A stretch of 64,000 bases of DNA, from the NCBI RefSeq assembly GCF_033153115.1, contig NW_026889805.1:15748001-15812000 (forward strand), written 5' to 3'. A program made the position numbers and the translations under genes. Within the stretch, counting starts at the first letter, position 1. Each line of letters opens with the position of its first letter. Positions 36,895 through 50,500 of this stretch are shown piece after piece. The DNA comes from Saccostrea echinata. Taxonomy: Eukaryota. The notes beneath the pieces were generated by a model, which did no database searches, was not told the DNA's origin, and worked only from the letters and a program-made list of their open reading frames with translations.

Positions 36895-38030
36895 AACTAG
36901 ATGATGTCATAAGAGAGAGTAAGTTTGTCTCATAATTTTTTTTCCTTCGTACCTGGGTAACTAGTCAAGAAGCAACAATACTTGTATCAATTTCAGCATA
37001 AAATGCGCAGATGAACATGGGGCCTATCGACCTTAATGAAGCATAAATTCTGTTTAAAACGAGTTTTGGATAGAAAATTTTGCATATTTTTGCCCTGAAT
37101 TTAGCTACTGGACGAACATCCGAATTACGAAACCTTATAACATATCAACAAGACACAATCAATCATATTCTAAAAGTAGATTTGGCTACTTCATAAAATG
37201 TAGGAGGAAATCATGAGTTCAGAGGAACATACAGTTTTTGTAGGGGGAAAAAAAAACATTGTTGTGGTTTGTACCCCAATTTTCCTCCCCTTTGAAAGCA
37301 AAAATTCTGAAATCTTATTGCACATCTACAGAAAACTACAAATCACAGATCAAAAGCTGATTTGGCTATAGCATAAAATGTAAGAGGAGTTCTGGGAACC
37401 ATTTTTTCTTTGGGGGGGGGGGGATTTTTAGATTCCCCATTGGTCCCAAGGTGAAAATGGTAATTCCAAACTTTTATAGCACATCTACAGGACGTCGCCA
37501 ATCACATTCCAAAAGATGATTTGCCAAAATTGCTTCAAAAAAAGATTGATTGTATGTTGTTTTACGTCTCGTTCGAGAATTTCACCCATATAGAGACGTC
37601 ACCATATACCGGTGAAGGGTTTCAAATTTAGATCTTTACTCGGCACTTAGGGCCATTGAGCAGTGAGGGTTCTTTATCATGGCAACCCCTGTCGTGAGCA
37701 CGGTGCCTCGGTTTTTAAATAAGGTCTCATCAGAAAGATCAGCAACTTTCACTTGAAAGTGCCGAGTGCTTGGCAAAGGCATCCGGAACACCTCGGGCCT
37801 TTCACAGAAAGGCCCGAGGTGTTCCGGATGTGGCAAAGGTAGAGTTGCTTCCGGCTTAGGTCTGCCGCAGCCGGGGTTTGAACCCACGACCTTCCAATCA
37901 CGGAGCGTAAAAAAAAGAGAAGTTTAAGGAAGAAGAATTTGTAGAAAAAACGTCGCTTATCAAATCCTTATAAGCCCCAGGGTGAAAATGAAAATTTCAA
38001 AATCTTTTTGCACATCTACAGCACATCACA
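36895..38030. repeat. Decayed ~160-bp tandem-repeat element in SDR intron 8 (copies at about 50311-51445 and 60078-61180)
   Basis: GCACATCTACAG and GATTTGGCTA..CATAAAATGTA anchors recur at about 160-170 bp spacing, interrupted by a SINE. Probably HINE-like. Confidence 0.45.
37546..37909 (-). mobile_element. 5'-truncated tRNA-SINE in SDR intron 8 (copies at 50961-51323 and 60721-61041)
   Basis: Shares the core GGCCATTGAGCAGTGAGGG and the 3' region with the SINE at 33118. B box GGTTCAAACCCC, (CAAT)n tail and AAAAAAAGA flanks. Confidence 0.8.
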
Positions 38031-39251
38031 TTTAGTATTTCAAAATATAAAACTTTTTTTTAATACACAGAAGGCTTCTTTTCGAAAATTATTTTATGGG
38101 TCAGTTCCGGTCTATATCAGACAGACTGTTTAAATCTTTGTTTAGTTTACTGAGTGTCATATATTGCATAAATATGTTATCATCGTCGATAATAAACAAT
38201 TCTATTGTATGTTGCAGTTAATAGAAAAGCAGAAGGAACTGCAGCCTCTGACGGGAGCCGTTGAACCGGAAGAGGTTGCCAAGGTGATCCTGTTTCTAGC
38301 CTCGGACCAATCATCATCGATCACAGGAGAACTAATTTATGTGGATGGAGGGCGTCACGTCTTAATGCCCCTGTGATGTAAATTACATTTTTGGTTTATA
38401 GAATAATATGGCCTGAGAGATTTTCGGACCTTCAGATTTTATGTCAATTGCCCCCCTAAAGTGAAAATCAAAATCTATGCCTCCCTCGCTTATCTTTCAC
38501 AGCCTTGATTCTACTCTGAATGGAGTTCTTCAGTGCATTTATCTTTTACAAATATTATTAAACCATTCCAACGATGCAGCCCTTAGCTGGTGGAGCGACA
38601 TGCAAACAATAAATTTTAGTTTTAAAATGCACATTTTAAAGAATCCAGACATACAAACGGTAGAGAAATAACTAAAGAAAATCTGCATTGTGACTTTTTT
38701 ATGTAAAATTATGCATCTGGGGATGCATAATCAATAATAATGCTTTGGATGTTGGTTTCTGGGATTAATAATGGTGCTATTTTTATAACGAGATCCATCC
38801 CAAAGTGAATACAAATCCAACAATAGCCAAACTTGCAAAGACGTTGCATTGGAGAATACATACATCATGTTTCAGATTTTGCTTGATGACCTTCATTTCA
38901 CAGCTTCAGGACTAATTATTCTGGTAATGGTAAATCTCACGTAATCCAAATTTTGAATATGCATTTACATATGAAATATTTATTTGCCAAATGGTTGTAA
39001 TTAGATTTTTTAAAAAAAATGATATCAATTTGGAGCCAAAAAGCGGAGTGTGTCTGTTTCAACTCCTTAATTATTACCCTTTTATTAAGGTCAATTTCCT
39101 TTGTGATAAAAGTTTTTAGAAAAGCAGTCATTGACAGCAGCCATTGACCGGGGGGGGGGGGGGGTTGCCATGATGAAGCCAGTTAGCATCAGTCACCAGT
39201 AACCTATTTTTATAGTTGGAGAGGACATGCTAAGGAACCTCTGCAAAGGAA

Positions 39252-39475
39252 TACTGTGGAATCATCACTGTTCGTGGGGGACCAATTAATCTTTATGGAT
39301 TTCGTGGGTCACCCTTACCCACGAATTAATGTCCACAGAACTATAACGTTGTCAATATATTGGTTCATTGAGTCTTCTGTATAAACAGCTCACCAACGAA
39401 ATTGTCCTTTTGAATCAGTAAAATTTCGGTTGCCCACAAACCGTGACCTCTATGAATTAAAATTATTCCACAGTA
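39252..39475. mobile_element. TA-flanked MITE, Tc1/mariner-like (copy at 52667-52890; left end deleted in the copy ending near 62679)
   Basis: TACTGTGGAAT...ATTCCACAGTA. Confidence 0.7.
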
Positions 39476-40366
39476 GATATTGGTAAATTGAAGCAAAAAG
39501 CTGATCATGAAAAAGTAACAACATGTATATGTTTTCTAGACGTTTCCTGTTAAAGTCTGAAATCTAATTCTATGACTGTTTATATTCAGTAATTCTCAGT
39601 GGAAGTGACAGTTTTTCATACATCAACTGTCAGATCTTTTTCATGCTATAGATATAGGACTATGTAGATAAAATGTATGATTTTTTAATATTTCCCATGC
39701 AAATATTTTACATTGTATACGCTATAACATATAATAAACAATCATTAGAAAATTTATTATTGCACATTATTTGACTAAACATTTTTGCAGGAATGTAAAT
39801 GTATTAATATCCTTAGGCATCACAATCACATACAAAAAAAATCACTGAACACAATGTGTACTTTATAGCTACAGAAAAAAAATATACACATAGGGTAATT
39901 AGTAACATCAGTAAGGCTTAGTATGTGTGCTGAATTGAAATGTGACTAAATGGAATGTAAATGGCATACATTTCTTATAGAAATGATACATTGTCAAATA
40001 TCAAGTAAAATAAATGGTTATCACAGAAATTGTGTATTATTTTTTACGTTTACCTTCAAGGCTCAATTCTAAAGAAGAAAATATTTTTAAAAATCTAGAT
40101 AGTACATCAAAAACATCTTCAAAATTGTAACAACTAAAAATACAATTTGTATGTTACATAAAATTTCCTTTTCTCAAAATTATTAATAATTGAACAACAA
40201 AAATTTTTTTTGGCTGCTGATTGTTACATGTATCTATAGACATGGCCTCACCATTAAAAAGTGCTCAACTGATGCAGGCGAGCAGAAGGCACAAGAATTT
40301 GGCGACAAGGAATTTTGGAGAATCATCTTTTCTCTTAATAATAAATAGAACTAAATCCTTGACGAA

Positions 40367-40879
40367 TCATTCTGTGGTTGCCTTGCTATCATCTGACACT
40401 TAATTGACTTGAGAGTCCGGAGCAGGAGAGTGATGCTGTCTCTAGATGTTTTAATCTGAGCCTCGACAAACGTAGACAATGCCTCCCCAAAGGCCAAAAG
40501 TCTCTGTTGCCTGAAGGACTTCAACTACAACAGAATTGAATGGACACTATTCATTCTAGTGTCAAATGTTTTGAAGCAGAGGGAAAAAAGCATAAATAGG
40601 ATTAAATATATGTTGTGATACATATCTATACATGTACCAGATACTACTGATTACTTTTTATCAATCAAGTAATCCAACCAAAATTATCCAAATTGTAAAC
40701 ACATGAAAATCTGTTGTTAAATTTATCCAAATTTGAATTTAAGAAATAAACGATTTCCTTTTTTGCAGCCTCTTGATTTACAAAACATTGTAAAACTTGA
40801 GATCTTAATTTACCTCCTGTCGGGCAGTGTCTGAGCATTCTTCAAATGATTTCTCAGTGGTAAGTTTGACCTCCTCTGC
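40367..40879 (-). pseudogene. Last two exons of the SNX5/6/32-like gene, orphaned by the duplication breakpoint
   Basis: Exons 40879-40814 and 40524-40367 match 54296-54231 and 53940-53782. There is a 1-bp deletion near 40395, and upstream exons are absent. Confidence 0.85.
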
Positions 40880-40953
40880 CTAAAAATATACACAAAAATG
40901 CAAATAAAATTTTCTGAAAATGTGAGAATTAGTCTCAGTTATACCTATTATTA

Positions 40954-43900
40954 TGAGAATACAACATCGACATAATATGCTACGCATCCTCATTGCGCAC
41001 ATGTCATTAATATTCATTAGAGAGCAGCTCAATGTGGCTTGGATGCTTGAAACATATTATAAATACATAAGGAGAAGTAACGTGTAAGTAATCTTTTTAA
41101 AAAAGATTCTTTTGAAATTCCGCTAGACTCTCAAGAACATGTACAACGTATATTATGTAGATAAATTGACTGGCACATAATCTTAAACTTGTAGTATATG
41201 AACACCCCTGAATAAAAAACATTCTACACAGAAAACATGTATAAATAACGTAAAAAGGGGGGTTGCATATTACCAGTTGTGTGTTTAATTGTTGGATTTT
41301 TTAAAGTATGTCATTCCTCTGTATAGCAATTTCTTTTGAAAGTTTAAAACAATGACATATAGGCCTAAATAAAAATAAATAAAAACAACATGTGATATAA
41401 TACAGGAGAGTTAACAACAAATCAAACTCTTCTCTCCTCCACCACCCACTGAGTATACTTTTGGTAATAATCAAGGATGTACATGCGTGACCTTTTCATA
41501 CAGAGATCCCTCCCTGCTGGTTCTGGAACGAAAGACAACTGTACGCTAATCGATTTATAGATATTTGACACACCAATAATACCTTTTGATTAAAAATTAT
41601 ATTACTAGCAATTCATACAAAGATTTTGAAGCAATGTTGCGATCATCTGGGTTGTGGAATTTGACCGAAAACTTTTTGGGAGTCAACAGTAAAGAAACTC
41701 GAGCAAATAATTGTGCAACTTAAATTTTAATATTGAAATGCATATCTCACTTTTTGATATATGTATGTAATAAAGTACATGTAGTACATGGTCTTAACTT
41801 TTGAGCAACGTGTGGTGATTTCATAAAATGTAGAAAAATTATACAGTCGTTTTACTTATGTGAATTAAAGCTTAATTTATGTTGTTTTTAATGTACCTGC
41901 GGTAGTCTATTTTGAATAGTCAAAATGCATATAAAAGAGTTAAGAAAATTTAAAATTATAAAATACAGGCACGTAGTATCATTTTTGAAAGTGGTGGGGG
42001 CAGCCAGAATTTTTTTTTTTTGACAACCTACCTGCCAAAGTCAAAAATCCTATTTCGTGTGTGTGTGTGTGGGGGGGGGGGGGAGGGGGGAGGGGGGCCT
42101 TCCACTTTCTTTTCGAAACACATTATAATACCAAATTACTTTGATTTAAACTGTCCTACAGCAAAGGGGGGACCAGATTTTCAGTGGACATTTACAAAAG
42201 AAGTAGGTTATGTTTGGAAAAAAAGGGGGGGGGGGGCAAGCCCCTACTGATGCTACGTGCCTGAAATATTTTCTAAGAATTTAAGGGTACATATAATAGT
42301 GTACGGAAGTAGTGAAATTCAACTGAACTGTAACGATATTGTAAGACCAAATTCAGGAAGACATACAAGATGAACTTAATTAGCTGGGACTTGGCTACAC
42401 ATGCATATTTATTTTCAATGCAGATTTTGACAATAATAAATTTTCACACGGTAATAAAACAAAGATTTCTTGAGGTTTATATTCATCACATGTTTTCTTA
42501 TATTTATTCGTAGTCATGCTCGAAGTAAAACAAGACCTGGTTGATGCCATTGATACACATGTACAATATTGTTATAAAGCAAACTTTTAATTACTTGTAC
42601 ATGTATACGTACAAAATACAAATTGCATAGATTAGGCTTTTTAACTCATAATCTGAATTTTCAAAAACGTTAGATGTGCACATGAATAATCTTTTAAAAA
42701 AAGAATCTTGTATAAAATATGTTCCTTTAATGTTATTGAAGATTATTTTCATTTTATAATTATACAGTCATGTTCTTTTTTTATAACGACTATAGATTTG
42801 GGTAAAAAAGTGTTATTACAAAAACTGAGTGTTCGGAAAATAATTAAAATTTTATGCATACAAATTCGAAATGTAAAGATAAATTGTTATCTTGGAAAAT
42901 ATTTGTCAAACCTCGAGCTCCATAAAGAACATAATTTATTTGCATTATTCAAGAGTGATAAAACACATTCTATGTTCTTTCTATTTATTCTAATATCCAT
43001 TTCCATTTTCTTATTTGTAACACTGTACGTAGATGTATTTAGTAATTCACTATATTTTTAAAATTTCTGATGTGTCATTATGGTCCAACGATTTGAAACT
43101 TTAATAAATACATAGATTCAGATTTTGCGACTCCAATCAATCCACGAACCAGATCCGCCACTGATGATATGTTTTACCAGTGCCAGGATCATTTGAGTAG
43201 AGTTTTGTTATTTTTAAGTATCAAAACACAAAACCACATGTACTACAGCACATAGAGTATATATATATTTCCCTTTAATTATCTGATCCTTTTTATTAAA
43301 AGTGAAAGCATTTATCAAGTAATCGCCATTACGAATGAGGGTAACTCTTATACCCTCAGGAATGTCTTGTTTTTTATTGAGTAGTTTATGACTGAAAATA
43401 TGCGATATCACGGAAGGAATTCATAATAGTGTAGGCTGATATCCTCATATTGTATAAGTAAAAAATTTTTACTTATACAATATGAGGATATCAGCCTACA
43501 CTATAATATAATTCAGGATTATGTACAACCCGAGATAATCAAGTAATTTACACATTTATTCTGAAATTGAGCCCTTTATAATGTTAATTACAGACTAATT
43601 CTATCGGACATTCATTCAATGATCAATTAAATTTATTTTGATAAGTATACTCTTCACGTCTTTTAGACATTCTAAGAAGGTTTTCATTTTGTTGTCCTCC
43701 GTTCTAGATCCGATCGTATCTAACTAATAAAAACTATGAAAGTACGTTTTGTATTATACATAAAGCATTAATTTACAATTCTTTAATTAACACCTTACTC
43801 AAAACAAAATAAATGTAATTCAGTATATCTATAAGATAAGAAAGCAGTAAAAGAAATCAGGTGATCGAAATTTATCGCTAGTAAATTAAACAGGGATAAT

Positions 43901-45424
43901 TCCATTCTAATCAAAATTTATTAACCATAGTACTTCTTTTTATGAAATCTGAAAAACACCGAATATTCGAATCTTAAATTCATATTCGAATATCAACTCA
44001 TCGAATGAATATTCGAATGTTCGAATATTCGTTGCCATCCCTAGTAAAAATACATGTATAATTAGAAATAAAATATTTTCTATGTTCAGGTAATCTCCAC
44101 TTTTTAATCTTTTTGAAAATAAAAAAAAAATACTGAATAATTTTCTACTCCTAAATGAAAAAAAAAATCTTCCCAAATTAATTCATAATTAGAACAAATG
44201 AGAAGTACCAAAATAAATTATAATCAGAAATAATTCTGCCATCATTTTCATGAAGAATCCACTTTATTAATCGTTTTATTATACATGTGTTAATTTTATT
44301 TTATACAAGTACTTTCCGTTAAAGTTGTATCTATGAGTTAGAGATTTTTAAAAGGCCTTAGAGTATATATTTAAAAAAAAAACAATTCTATATCTTTTTT
44401 TTAAAAGCAAGATATGTTTATCGTTAGGAATTTAGAGTTTGCTACATGTATTACTTTTAGTTCGGAGTCGAGTGCATCATATGCAATGGTACTTTTTCCC
44501 CCCGCATTAACACAAACATGCGATTCCTTTCTTGCCACAATTTATGTCCGGCATCATATAATACCTCCATATTTTGGCTAGGATCTCGGTCAATATAAGA
44601 AAATATGATATCTCCGAGCAACTTTTAATTTTTTCTTACAGTTCACAAGAAAACACTTCATTCGTTCGATTGGCATCAGCTAGAAATCAGACCGAGTTTT
44701 AGCAAAGAAATATTGTTTGTTTGTTTGTATGTTGTTTAACGTCCCTCTCGAGAATTTTTCACTCATATGGAGACGCCACCACTTGCCGGTGGAGAGCTGC
44801 AAATTTTGTCCTATACTCGGCACTTACGGCCATTGAGCAGTGAGGGATCTTTTTCGTGCCAGCACCTACTGCGACACGGGACCTCGGTTTATACGGTCTC
44901 ATCCGAAGGACCGGTCTCCACGTCCCACAGTGGGATTCGAACCCGCGACGTAAGGATCAACTCCTTACGCCGCGACTCTAGAGCAGACGCTCTAACCACT
45001 GCGCCACGCGGGCGACTAGCAAAGAAATAAAGAAGCAAACAAACATGCATATCATCGTCAACGCCATTTTCTCTCGATTACGTCCAACATTCATGAAGAG
45101 ATAAAGAGTACAGAAAACCAAGAACACGATGAATATTCTATATGCATAATAATGATATGCGCAGCTGTATGCGCAGTAAAATTGTTTGTGTAATTTTTAG
45201 TTTCCTCTGCTCGTGCAGTTTTTGATTTTTATACCCCTTAATCGTGTAAAAAATTTCGGAATTCGTGTATTTTTCGTTCTGTTTGTGTAAAAATCTTTCA
45301 AACTATGTGCAATTTTTACCGATAAGTGCATTTTTATTTTACTCGTGTATATTTTTCATCAAGCTCGTGTATAAAATCATGATCGTTCTGCAGAAAATAA
45401 TTTTGACGCAATCGGCGTGCCATA
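40954..45424. mobile_element. Left-truncated duplicate of the 4.8-kb TIR element, upstream of SDR-C
   Basis: Copy of 29360-33829. It retains the right TIR and GTAAGG and lacks the left TIR. Confidence 0.85.
44713..45016 (-). mobile_element. tRNA-derived SINE (duplicate of 33118-33421)
   Basis: Same sequence and TSD as the copy at 33118. Confidence 0.9.
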
Positions 45425-45465
45425 GTAAGGAATTTAAGCTGTTGAATTTTTATGCATTTAGGATA

Positions 45466-47513
45466 ATGGCTTCCCTTTTTAACAAAGTCGTAATTATAAC
45501 AGGTAAGTTTTTTCACTTATTCTATGGTTATAAATTTTCTGATGTTAAAAAAACTTAAGCAACTTATTTGTTTTTAGTCATTGCATGTAATATTTATAAT
45601 ATCCCCGTTTTCGATGTGACGTAAATGAGCCTCCCTGTAAAGGTTCGAGCAAATGGAATGGAAAACTAGTTTAAGGTTTTGCCAAAGGCCAAGATATCCA
45701 AAAATTTATTTTTACAATAGCTCCAAAACTATGTGAGGTATAATGTTAAAACTTTTACAGTTTATAAATATATCATTGATTAACAGATAGAAAGTATCAC
45801 TTGAAAACAAAAATATTAAAAAAAAAATTTTTTGAGGGAAAAAAGTAAAAAAATTTGCATATTTTTAAAAAAAAAATGCACCTCCTTAATTCTGTACTTT
45901 TAGTGAAAACCATCATTGCAGAAATAATATATGTTTATCAGTGAAGGGCAAGTTGGACGTGAATGGTCTCTGAAAGGCTGTCATTGAAAGCATGACATGT
46001 ATAAAGACAAGACCCCTATAAAATCCGTCATTTGCAATGTACTTTCGGTTTCAAATCTTAACATTTGGACAAAATGAACAGGGAAAACAACTTTTCAGAG
46101 GCTATAGAAGTCCAACTTGCCCTTCATTGATAAACATATATTGTTTCTGCAATGATGGCTTTCACTAAAAGTACGGAATTAATTAGGTGTATTTCTTTTA
46201 AATATATGCATTTTTTTAAAAAGAATTTTTCTCGATAAATATTTTTTTAAAGTTTTTGTTATCAAGTGATACTTTCTATCTGTTCATTAATGATATATTT
46301 ATAAACTGTAAAAGTTTTAACTTTATAAATCACATAGTTTTGGAGCTACTGTACAAATAAAATTTTGGACATATTGAACTTTGGCAAAACCTTAAGTCTT
46401 ACCATATTGAAGCAATGGAACAGTGTCCAGTAAACATTAGAGCAAGAGAGTCGTGTATCCGTTGTCATATATTTCGACAGTTGTGCTATGTTTGGATCTC
46501 ATCCTTAAAAACAGCATACAATCAACATACTCAGATTCAAATATTGACTTTCTTGATTTTTGTTAAATTTGGATATTTGATAACAGGTGCTAATTCTGGA
46601 ATAGGAGCTGCAACTGCACTTGCATTTGCCAAAGCTGGTGCAAGGTTAGTTTTAGCGGCACGGAATCTGGAGAAACTAAACAATGTAGCTAATGAATGCT
46701 CGGCAAAGGGACTACCACAAGAAAAGGCAAGTATATCGTAACGCAGGAAGTATGCATACACTAGATGAAATCCCGCGCAAGCGCGGGGAATTGAATTCAT
46801 ACTAGTTACTACCGACAGAAAATATTTTGTAGTTTCTACTGACAACCTACAGGATTATAGCAGGGAGAAATACTTTGTTCAAATTCCCGCATGAAGTAGA
46901 TGTACGTCCCCCCCCCCCCCCCTTGTAAAAACTTTAAAATTAACAATTTCATTAATTGACGTTTATTGTGAAACCTCTTATACTATGTTATGGATATTGT
47001 ACTTCAGATGCTCTTATTTCATTTCCGTCAAGAATAAAAGCAGTGAATATGCACATTTTACTGATAAATTGATTTGGGGGGAGGGGGGGTCAAAATTCAC
47101 AGGTACTTGGGTCTTTGTTTATAAATATGTTTGCACCTTGCTGATATGTAAATAATGTACTTAACTTTTTTTTACATATCAATAAGGTACATACATATTT
47201 ATGCACCAAGACTCAAATACCTGTGTAAAATTAGCTTTTAACGCCCTATGAATAGGCCGAGTATTTGATACAAAAGACTGTTTTCAGAAAAAAATGAAAT
47301 GTATTGATTAAAGCACAAAATTTTACATCTTTAATTGTTTTGAACAATTCCTTATTCATTAATTTTCTCTTTACATGTAAGCAAGTTTATTACGAAGTAC
47401 AAATTGTACTTCGGGTTCGTTGCCACGATGCTCTCAGTAAGGAATATATAAAATGTTTCAAAAAATGTTTCATGTTACAAATTTTACCGATAAATTTATA
47501 AGGAAAACCTACT

Positions 47514-47551
<38 letters not shown>

Positions 47552-50500
47552 GTAATAGTCTTTCGATATATAAATATATTCACAACTTATAGTGTTATCA
47601 ATGATTTACCATTATTTCAATGACCAATCACACAAAAGCCTTTTTTTATGTTATGCAGCACCTCGTTTTTTTAAACATCGGGCTCGATGCTATATGATGT
47701 TCTAGAAGCTTCCTTCAATATTAAGATCGGTGAATGACGAAAATAATTTACAAATTTCCCTTTTTAATCGGTTATCACAACTTATTTCTTTTATATCATT
47801 TAAATCAAGTTTTGAATGAATAATTCAGTGATGACGTTTTATGAAATAAATAAACGATTGCTTGTTGTCAGTTTCATTAAAAATTGCGAGCAACTTAGAT
47901 CCGCCAACCGGAAACGCCACCGTACTCACGTTTTTGCTATTTCATGGCTGTTAAAAGAAAATAAAAGTAGACTTTTAATATAATGTACGAAACCTACTTT
48001 GCGAGTGAAATCTAAATATAGTTTACGGACATCATCTTGTATCTAGTGTATTGTTAGAGGAGTAAGTAAGAACTCTGGTGCACCCGTTTCGGAGTTTATT
48101 TGCAAAATTTATTAATTTCTAAGTATAGATTTTAGTAGGCTGCTTTGGCTGCGTTCTTGAACCAAAGGTACAGAGAATCAGTCTGTAGAATGTAGAAAGT
48201 GGTGGTAATTCCTGATAGACATTCACCTTTGAGTGAAAAATGTTTTTAAAAATCTAATTGAAATTGCATAAAAAGATCTTTAAAAAGACTGTCCTTTGGG
48301 GTAAGAAATAGTGGCACATCATCAATAAAATATTTAAAAAGTTTGAAAATAATGAGTTCATCCCTTTTCATTTTTTTTCCTCTTGATAATGGGCATAGGT
48401 ATTAGTCAAAGGATGTGATGTCACGAATGAAGAAAATTTGAAAGGTTTGGTTGGATCGACTCTAGAGAAATACGGACAAATCGACGTACTGGTAAGCTGT
48501 TTCGGGGGCGGGGGTGGGGGTGGGTATTACATGTATTTTGTACTCAAACTCTCCAGTATTTAATTTATAAGCTAAGGTTAAATGAACATATTTACCCAAA
48601 TCTGTTTTTAGTTAATAAATGCACAGATCTGTTATTAAAAAGTATATATCCATAATTAAAAGATTTTCTATTAATTTCATATAAAGTTGGTACAAGAAGG
48701 AAAAAGAAAAAAGAAAGAATTTGTTAAAATATGAATTAAAAACGATAACAAATAATGAAATGATATTTAATTTAGCAGATATTTTTCATTTAAGAACCCT
48801 CTCTACACTGAACACTAAAGAGTTCTGATTCTATGGTATTTTTCTGCAATTAGAGTGATCTGCCCTTAGATTTAAATTGTAATAAATTGAAATTTACAGT
48901 ATATTACTCAATTTGTAATCAATTCAAGTATTCTTAACATTTTAAAAGGCCAAGATAAATTAATTGAACATGTTTTTTACATGTATTTTCTCTATGGGGG
49001 TAAACAACAGTGGTTTCTATTCACTGATACTGTGTTTGTTTGAACATTTTTTCCTGGGGGACAATCCACGTACCATATAATGAAAATTAAATAGAAAAGC
49101 TCAATATTAACACCTCTATACAATATATTTTTCTCATTGTCCAAAAAATATTTTGCACTGGTGCAGAGAGGGTTCTTAAGTTACCAACTATAAAAAAGCA
49201 TCAAATATAATAAAGAACCATAGATTTTTGTTCAGGGATGGAAATAATCACAAATCAGTCAAATATCTTATGTTGGTTAAAGAAATTAAATGTCATTATT
49301 TCAACTTGGCAAACTGTTATGGCATACACGAACCTTGGTTAAGATTTATTTTGATTCATTTGTTATATTTTGAATTATGGATTCCTGTCTCGAGTTTTGA
49401 TTCGAAAAACTTTTTATTCTAAATTAGTTACCTTTTCCTGTTGGGGAACAGAAAAAAAATCGTCATATTATTTTAAAAATTCAGGTGAACAATGCAGGGA
49501 GTGCTCGATACGTCAATTATCTTGAAACAACAAGGGATGTGTTCGATACTACCTTTAACCTCAACATCCGCGCCCCTTTTTTTCTCACCCAGATGTGTAC
49601 TACTCACTTGCAGAAAACTAAAGGTAAAACTCGAAGCTGAAATGCAATTGCAAGTCACAATATATAAAATAAAGGTTGCAATACGGAGTTTGCTATTTTT
49701 ATAGGATGTGTGGTAAATGTGTCAAGCCTTGCAGGACAACGTACTGTAAGTTAAACCAATTTTACGTTTAAAAGTGTTTTTGTATGAATATAAAAAGGAA
49801 AGTAGCATATTTTAGACTGTTATGCATATACTGGTTGCACATTCTGCTGTATGTACAATTTCAATCCTAGTATTTTATAAATACACTACTTTGCTTCCCC
49901 AGTTTCCGATTGCGATGGTGTACGGTATGAGTAAAGCAGCAATGGACCAGTTTACCAAGAATCTGGCTATTGGTCAGTTATTTTGTATAAATATTTCTCT
50001 TAATGCTTCCTATAGGTTTTTATTTCATTTCATTATGTAGAATTCTCCTTTATTTAATAGATTTGGCCAAAGAAAATGTTCGGGTTAATTCAGTTAAGTA
50101 AGTAATAAAGAGGAGAGAATTATTTCAAATTCGAGTTAAATAAGTTTTGTAGAATCTAGTTCAAGCTAATTTTCATTTATCTTTTCAGCCCTGGGTATAT
50201 CAAGAGTCTGGAATTTCAGAAGAGAGCAGGAATGACGGAGCAAATCTACAACCAAGTATGCATATAGTATCAAAACAAAAATTAATTCATTAAATAAATA
50301 AAAATAAAAAAAACTAGATGATGTCATAAGAGAGAGTAAGTTTGTCTCATAATTTTTTTTCCTTCGTACCTGGGTAACTAGTCAAGAAGCAACAATACTT
50401 GTATCAATTTCAGCATAAAATGCGCAGATGAACATGGGGCCTATCGACCTTAATGAAGCATAAATTCTGTTTAAAACGAGTTTTGGATAGAAAATTTTGC

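Larger units (their letters stand above)
33871..38376 (+). pseudogene. SDR copy B, lacking exon 2
   Basis: Exon 1 (33871-33907) and exons 3-9 (34981-38376) are nearly identical to copy C. The 140-nt exon encoding GANSGIG was removed by a 1,825-bp deletion at about 34613, so splicing exon 1 (phase 1) to exon 3 (phase 0) shifts the frame. Confidence 0.9.
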
